Assembly: GCA_018238545.1 (NCBI GenBank)
Contig: JABCTC010000012.1
Span: forward strand, 26,470-90,469
Origin: Candidatus Heimdallarchaeota archaeon
Lineage (GTDB): Archaea; Asgardarchaeota; Heimdallarchaeia; Heimdallarchaeales; Heimdallarchaeaceae
Reading direction: 5' to 3'
DNA: 64,000 bases
The notes below the pieces were generated by a model, which worked only from the letters and a program-made list of their open reading frames with translations, was not told the origin of the DNA and searched no databases. Each line of letters starts with the position of its first letter. Positions within the stretch are counted from its first letter, which is position 1. Below, one piece after another: positions 60,489-64,000 of the stretch. The translations under genes and the position numbers were made by a program.

Positions 60489-61909
60489 TAGAACACCTCA
60501 GACTTCTTTCTCCTTTTGACAGTCCATGTTTCCAAAGTACCAGGAGTAACCAGTTCATATAATGTAGCTTCCCCTTCCTTAGGTCTTAAGATCCTGCCTA
60601 ATCTTTGAATAAACTGTCTAGCTTGCCCTGTCCCACTCACAATGACTCCAACATTGACTGACCCACAGTCCCATCCTTCATCAAGAACGCGCCCTGTTAC
60701 AATCTTATTGTATTCCCCTAAACTAAATTTGTTCAGAATATCTTCCCTTTCCAAACTCTTTGTTTCATGGGTGATAACTGGAATAAGATGTTTCCTACCA
60801 ATTGAATATACCATGTCATTAAATTCTGAAAAGATAATCATCTTATCTGAACTATGTTTCTCAAGCAACTCTTCAATCTTATCAAGTTTAGATTGTGATG
60901 AATAAACAATATTTCTAGCAATTCGATGAGCATCCAAAGCTTCTTTTGCTTCTACATCTTGGTTTACTCTAAAAATCAAGTATCTTTCATAATCTTTAGG
61001 TGAACGTATCTGGATTTTTCTTTTTCTTAAGTATCCTCTGTAGACCCTCATATTTTTGTCATAAAGAATTCTTTCTTCTTCAGTGAGAGGAACTTTTAGT
61101 GTTTTTAATTGATATTTTGCAACATACCCAGTTTCCACTAAATCTGATATTTTAGCAACTATAATTGGGTCACCAATGAACTTGAATAACAGCTCTTCTC
61201 CCTTATCAGATCTGCTGGGAGTAGCAGTTAAACCCAATCTGTTTTTTGCAGGAAGTCCCTCAAGAACTTTGATTGTTTCTTTTGCTGCAGCATGATGAGC
61301 TTCATCTAGAATAATAAGATTGAAAATTTTTCTGAAGGAATTTAAGTTTAATCGCGCACTATCATAGGTTGTAACTGTTATTTCTTTTATCTCTTTGACA
61401 TTATCTCCAACTTGACCAATCATGTCTTTGGACAAAGATGTGTACTTCGTTAAGTGATCAATCCATTGATGAAGAAGATTTTTTGTTGGGACAATAATTA
61501 GTGTTTTCTGCTTAAGTTTCTCAATTATTTTGAAACCAATTATTGTCTTACCTGCAGCTGTTGGTAAAATAACTATTCCTTTCCCGCTATTATTAATAAA
61601 TTCTGCAATTGCTTGCTCTTGATATGGTCTAAGATTTAGTTTTAGTTTCATTCTGGTACTATATTCTTGAGACAAAGAAGAATCTTCCAAAATGTCCGTC
61701 TTAATAGAAATTTGTTTTTGTTTAAGAATTTTTACTATTTTTTCAAAATTATGCGGTGCAGCTCTATATTCATTTGTTTTCTTAGGGTTAATTTTAACGA
61801 ATCTAAGAAGATTTGAATCTGTTATTTTGTTCTCTGTTTCAATTATTAAGTCAAACCCTACTCTGAAACGAATTGAGAGCTTTTTCATCTTTCCGCATCC
61901 TACAATCAT
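60488..61909 (-). CDS. xpb: XPB/Rad25-like DEAH helicase
   Basis: LRPYQ, LPTAAGKT, DEAHH, GLTATP.R.D, VLDEG, QRLGRILRPK. Confidence 0.9.
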   Translation of the reverse strand: MIVGCGKMKKLSIRFRVGFDLIIETENKITDSNLLRFVKINPKKTNEYRAAPHNFEKIVKILKQKQISIKTDILEDSSLSQEYSTRMKLKLNLRPYQEQAIAEFINNSGKGIVILPTAAGKTIIGFKIIEKLKQKTLIIVPTKNLLHQWIDHLTKYTSLSKDMIGQVGDNVKEIKEITVTTYDSARLNLNSFRKIFNLIILDEAHHAAAKETIKVLEGLPAKNRLGLTATPSRSDKGEELLFKFIGDPIIVAKISDLVETGYVAKYQLKTLKVPLTEEERILYDKNMRVYRGYLRKRKIQIRSPKDYERYLIFRVNQDVEAKEALDAHRIARNIVYSSQSKLDKIEELLEKHSSDKMIIFSEFNDMVYSIGRKHLIPVITHETKSLEREDILNKFSLGEYNKIVTGRVLDEGWDCGSVNVGVIVSGTGQARQFIQRLGRILRPKEGEATLYELVTPGTLETWTVKRRKKSEVF

Positions 61910-61957
61910 TTAACACTATTTACATATAAAAAGTAAAGAAAAAAATAGAAGAAAGAA

Positions 61958-63019
61958 TTAAATTGAGAGTTTTCGGGGGTTCAAATACAAGTTTGTTTCA
62001 CTATCATCTAATTTGACTGTTGCATCTGAAATCCTTAGCTCTTTTAGAGCTTTCTTAATATTCTTCTTGACATCTTTGTGGAAACGAAGTGTAGCGCTGA
62101 ATAGTATTAGCATATTGAAAAATGTCTTATCAAGTGCAAGTTTTTCATCGAAAATATCAATTTTGAACCTTCCACCCAAGTTCATGAATTTGCCATCAAT
62201 TTTAGCAATAACTTTGTTGTGAATGTCTTTTATCATCCAATCGCTACCGAAGGTTAATCTTTTGTCATCTATCACAAATGTTTGAAATATATCATTTTCA
62301 TCAAGAAAACTGAAACCAAATACTTCACCTTGAAATCTTGGGAAATGAGCTAATCTCTTGATTCTGTAAAGATTTCTGGTGTGTTTGAAAATACAAACAT
62401 ATGCGGGACAAGGTTCTTTAGTTGCGTGAGAATTTGCAAAACTTTCTCCTTGCAATCTTTCTATGCTACCTCTCCAGTAACCGCCTTTTGAGAACATTTT
62501 CATAACAAATCTTCTCGCTAGGGGATCCTTTGCTTTCCATAATTTTTCCCTTTGACCAAGAAAACCATAAGTTTCACCGTCTTTTTTAATTTCACCAATC
62601 ATGTCCATATCGCGAGTCCATTGACGGTCTTTTTGAGCTCTTTGGGCATCTAAGCGGATACCCCATTCTTCTCGGTGCATTTTGGTTCTCCAAAGATCAA
62701 CATCAAAGTGAGCATAAACTACCTGCTCTTCCTTTTTCTTTTTCTTCTCATCATCTTTGACTTCAGGTGTTTTAGCTGTAACTTCAGGTTCTTCAGCTGT
62801 AACTTCAGAAATCTCTTCTTTCTCTTCTTCCTCTATTTGTGTTGCCATTTCTTCTTCCTCTTCTTCCTCTTTTTCCTCTTCTACAAACATGTCCTTGTCT
62901 AATTTGTCCTCTCTCTCCCTGATTTCCTCTTCCTCTTCTACTCGTTTAGAAATTTCAGATTGAACATCATCCATACCATCTATCTCTTCATAGCTACTCT
63001 GTTCTTTTTTTTCAGACAT
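61958..63019 (-). CDS. Acidic N-terminal tail plus tubby/LURP-one/scramblase-like beta-barrel
   Basis: About 95-aa Glu-rich N-terminus; beta-rich body ending IDDKRLTFGSDWMIKD...IAKIDGKF...FKIDI plus a hydrophobic helix (MLILFSATL). Confidence 0.6.
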   Translation of the reverse strand: MSEKKEQSSYEEIDGMDDVQSEISKRVEEEEEIREREDKLDKDMFVEEEKEEEEEEEMATQIEEEEKEEISEVTAEEPEVTAKTPEVKDDEKKKKKEEQVVYAHFDVDLWRTKMHREEWGIRLDAQRAQKDRQWTRDMDMIGEIKKDGETYGFLGQREKLWKAKDPLARRFVMKMFSKGGYWRGSIERLQGESFANSHATKEPCPAYVCIFKHTRNLYRIKRLAHFPRFQGEVFGFSFLDENDIFQTFVIDDKRLTFGSDWMIKDIHNKVIAKIDGKFMNLGGRFKIDIFDEKLALDKTFFNMLILFSATLRFHKDVKKNIKKALKELRISDATVKLDDSETNLYLNPRKLSI

Positions 63020-63098
63020 TTAAATCATCCTTACAACTTACAATAATTGACTTAATACTTTAAATTTTCTATGATTCTTTGGATTATTTTGAAAATAT

Positions 63099-63866
63099 TC
63101 ATTTTTCACTTAATTCTTTTAGAATTCTAGCCAAAGTAGGCAAAGTTTCAATTATATCTCCCTCAACATAGTAATCTAATTGTTCATTATATAAAGTAGG
63201 TACAAGATTAAATAATGCCTTTTTGGTTGGTAGAGATGGCGATAATAGAATATTGGCAGCTGGAAAAACTTCTAAACTTGTAGCAACTCCCACAACTATC
63301 TCGCTCCTATTAGCTACTCTCATTGCAGTGCTAATAATATCCCTGTCCAGAGGTTCTCCAAAGAGTATAACTTTTGGTTTTAGAGGATTTTCGCATTTAG
63401 GACACAAGGGGAATTTTTCAGGTTCAATGTGTTTTTCGTAATTCATCTTCTCCTCATAAGAACATCTAATACAGTGCATTATGTCAGGATTGCCGTGTAA
63501 TTCGTATACATTTGTAGATCCAGATTTTTGATGAAGCCCATCAATATTTTGCGTAGCAATATGAACTCTATTTTCTCCTTTCATTTGTTGAATTTCTGTA
63601 ATAGCGTAATGACCTGCATTAGGCTCTACGGGACGAAAATCTTCATAAATAATACGAAAGAACTCCCACACTTTCGCAGGATTTTTTCTAAAAGCTCCGA
63701 TCGTTGCTACTTCACTAGGTTTGAATTTTTCCCACAATCCTCCTTCGGAACGAAAATCGGGTATACCGCTATGGACACTTGTACCTGCGCCAGTAAAGAA
63801 AGTGATTGTTTCTGCCTTTAAGATGTGCTTAGCAACTGATTTTATGATCTCGTCATTAGTGTCCAT
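63099..63866 (-). CDS. cobB: Sir2-family NAD-dependent protein deacylase
   Basis: TGAGTSVHSGIPDFR, TQNIDGLHQ, ELHG, CxxC/CxxC, P.VILFGE, TSLEVFPA. Confidence 0.92.
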   Translation of the reverse strand: MDTNDEIIKSVAKHILKAETITFFTGAGTSVHSGIPDFRSEGGLWEKFKPSEVATIGAFRKNPAKVWEFFRIIYEDFRPVEPNAGHYAITEIQQMKGENRVHIATQNIDGLHQKSGSTNVYELHGNPDIMHCIRCSYEEKMNYEKHIEPEKFPLCPKCENPLKPKVILFGEPLDRDIISTAMRVANRSEIVVGVATSLEVFPAANILLSPSLPTKKALFNLVPTLYNEQLDYYVEGDIIETLPTLARILKELSEK

Positions 63867-64000
63867 TTAGTTCACTCTGCAACTCTGCCCGAATAACGTT
63901 TTGATTAAATTTGTAGAGGTTGTATTTAATGTTTTAATCTCTTATAGACTAAAACTCCTAAAATGTTACAGAAGGTTGTTTGAGGTTTTGTAAGTCCATT

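Noticed and set aside
58761-61909. XPB-Bax1 pair as a novel system
   Set aside because: This is a well-known archaeal helicase-nuclease pair.

Overview
AT-rich, gene-dense archaeal chromosome segment. It is very likely from an Asgard archaeon, probably Heimdallarchaeia; this is inferred from archaeal core genes (TBP, thermosome, RadA-like, eS25, Fni, XPB-Bax1, aRqcH) occurring with eukaryotic-signature proteins (Rab-like and Arf-like GTPases, a longin/uDENN-V4R fusion, a RING finger protein, an EMC6/OPTI-like protein, an AN1-finger site-2 protease, a tubby/LURP-like protein). About 56 CDS are present, covering peptide uptake and catabolism (Opp, C69 and M20 peptidases, GDH), C1 metabolism (Fhs), DNA repair and RNA/ribosome quality control. 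I saw no tRNA, rRNA, CRISPR array or transposase. Features outside the ORF track include two box C/D guide-like sRNAs (one predicted to target the 23S helix-69 adenosine that is methylated in eukaryotes), a structured intergenic element, a candidate leaderless uORF, and a palindromic site that could serve as the ribosome-binding site for two divergent genes. Two genes are broken by +1 homopolymer frameshifts, possibly sequencing errors. Several proteins look catalytically degenerate (ThiI-like, MfnF-like, Mrr-like, truncated TFS, RadA paralogue, TFB-like). All family calls come from motif recognition by eye, not from database searches.
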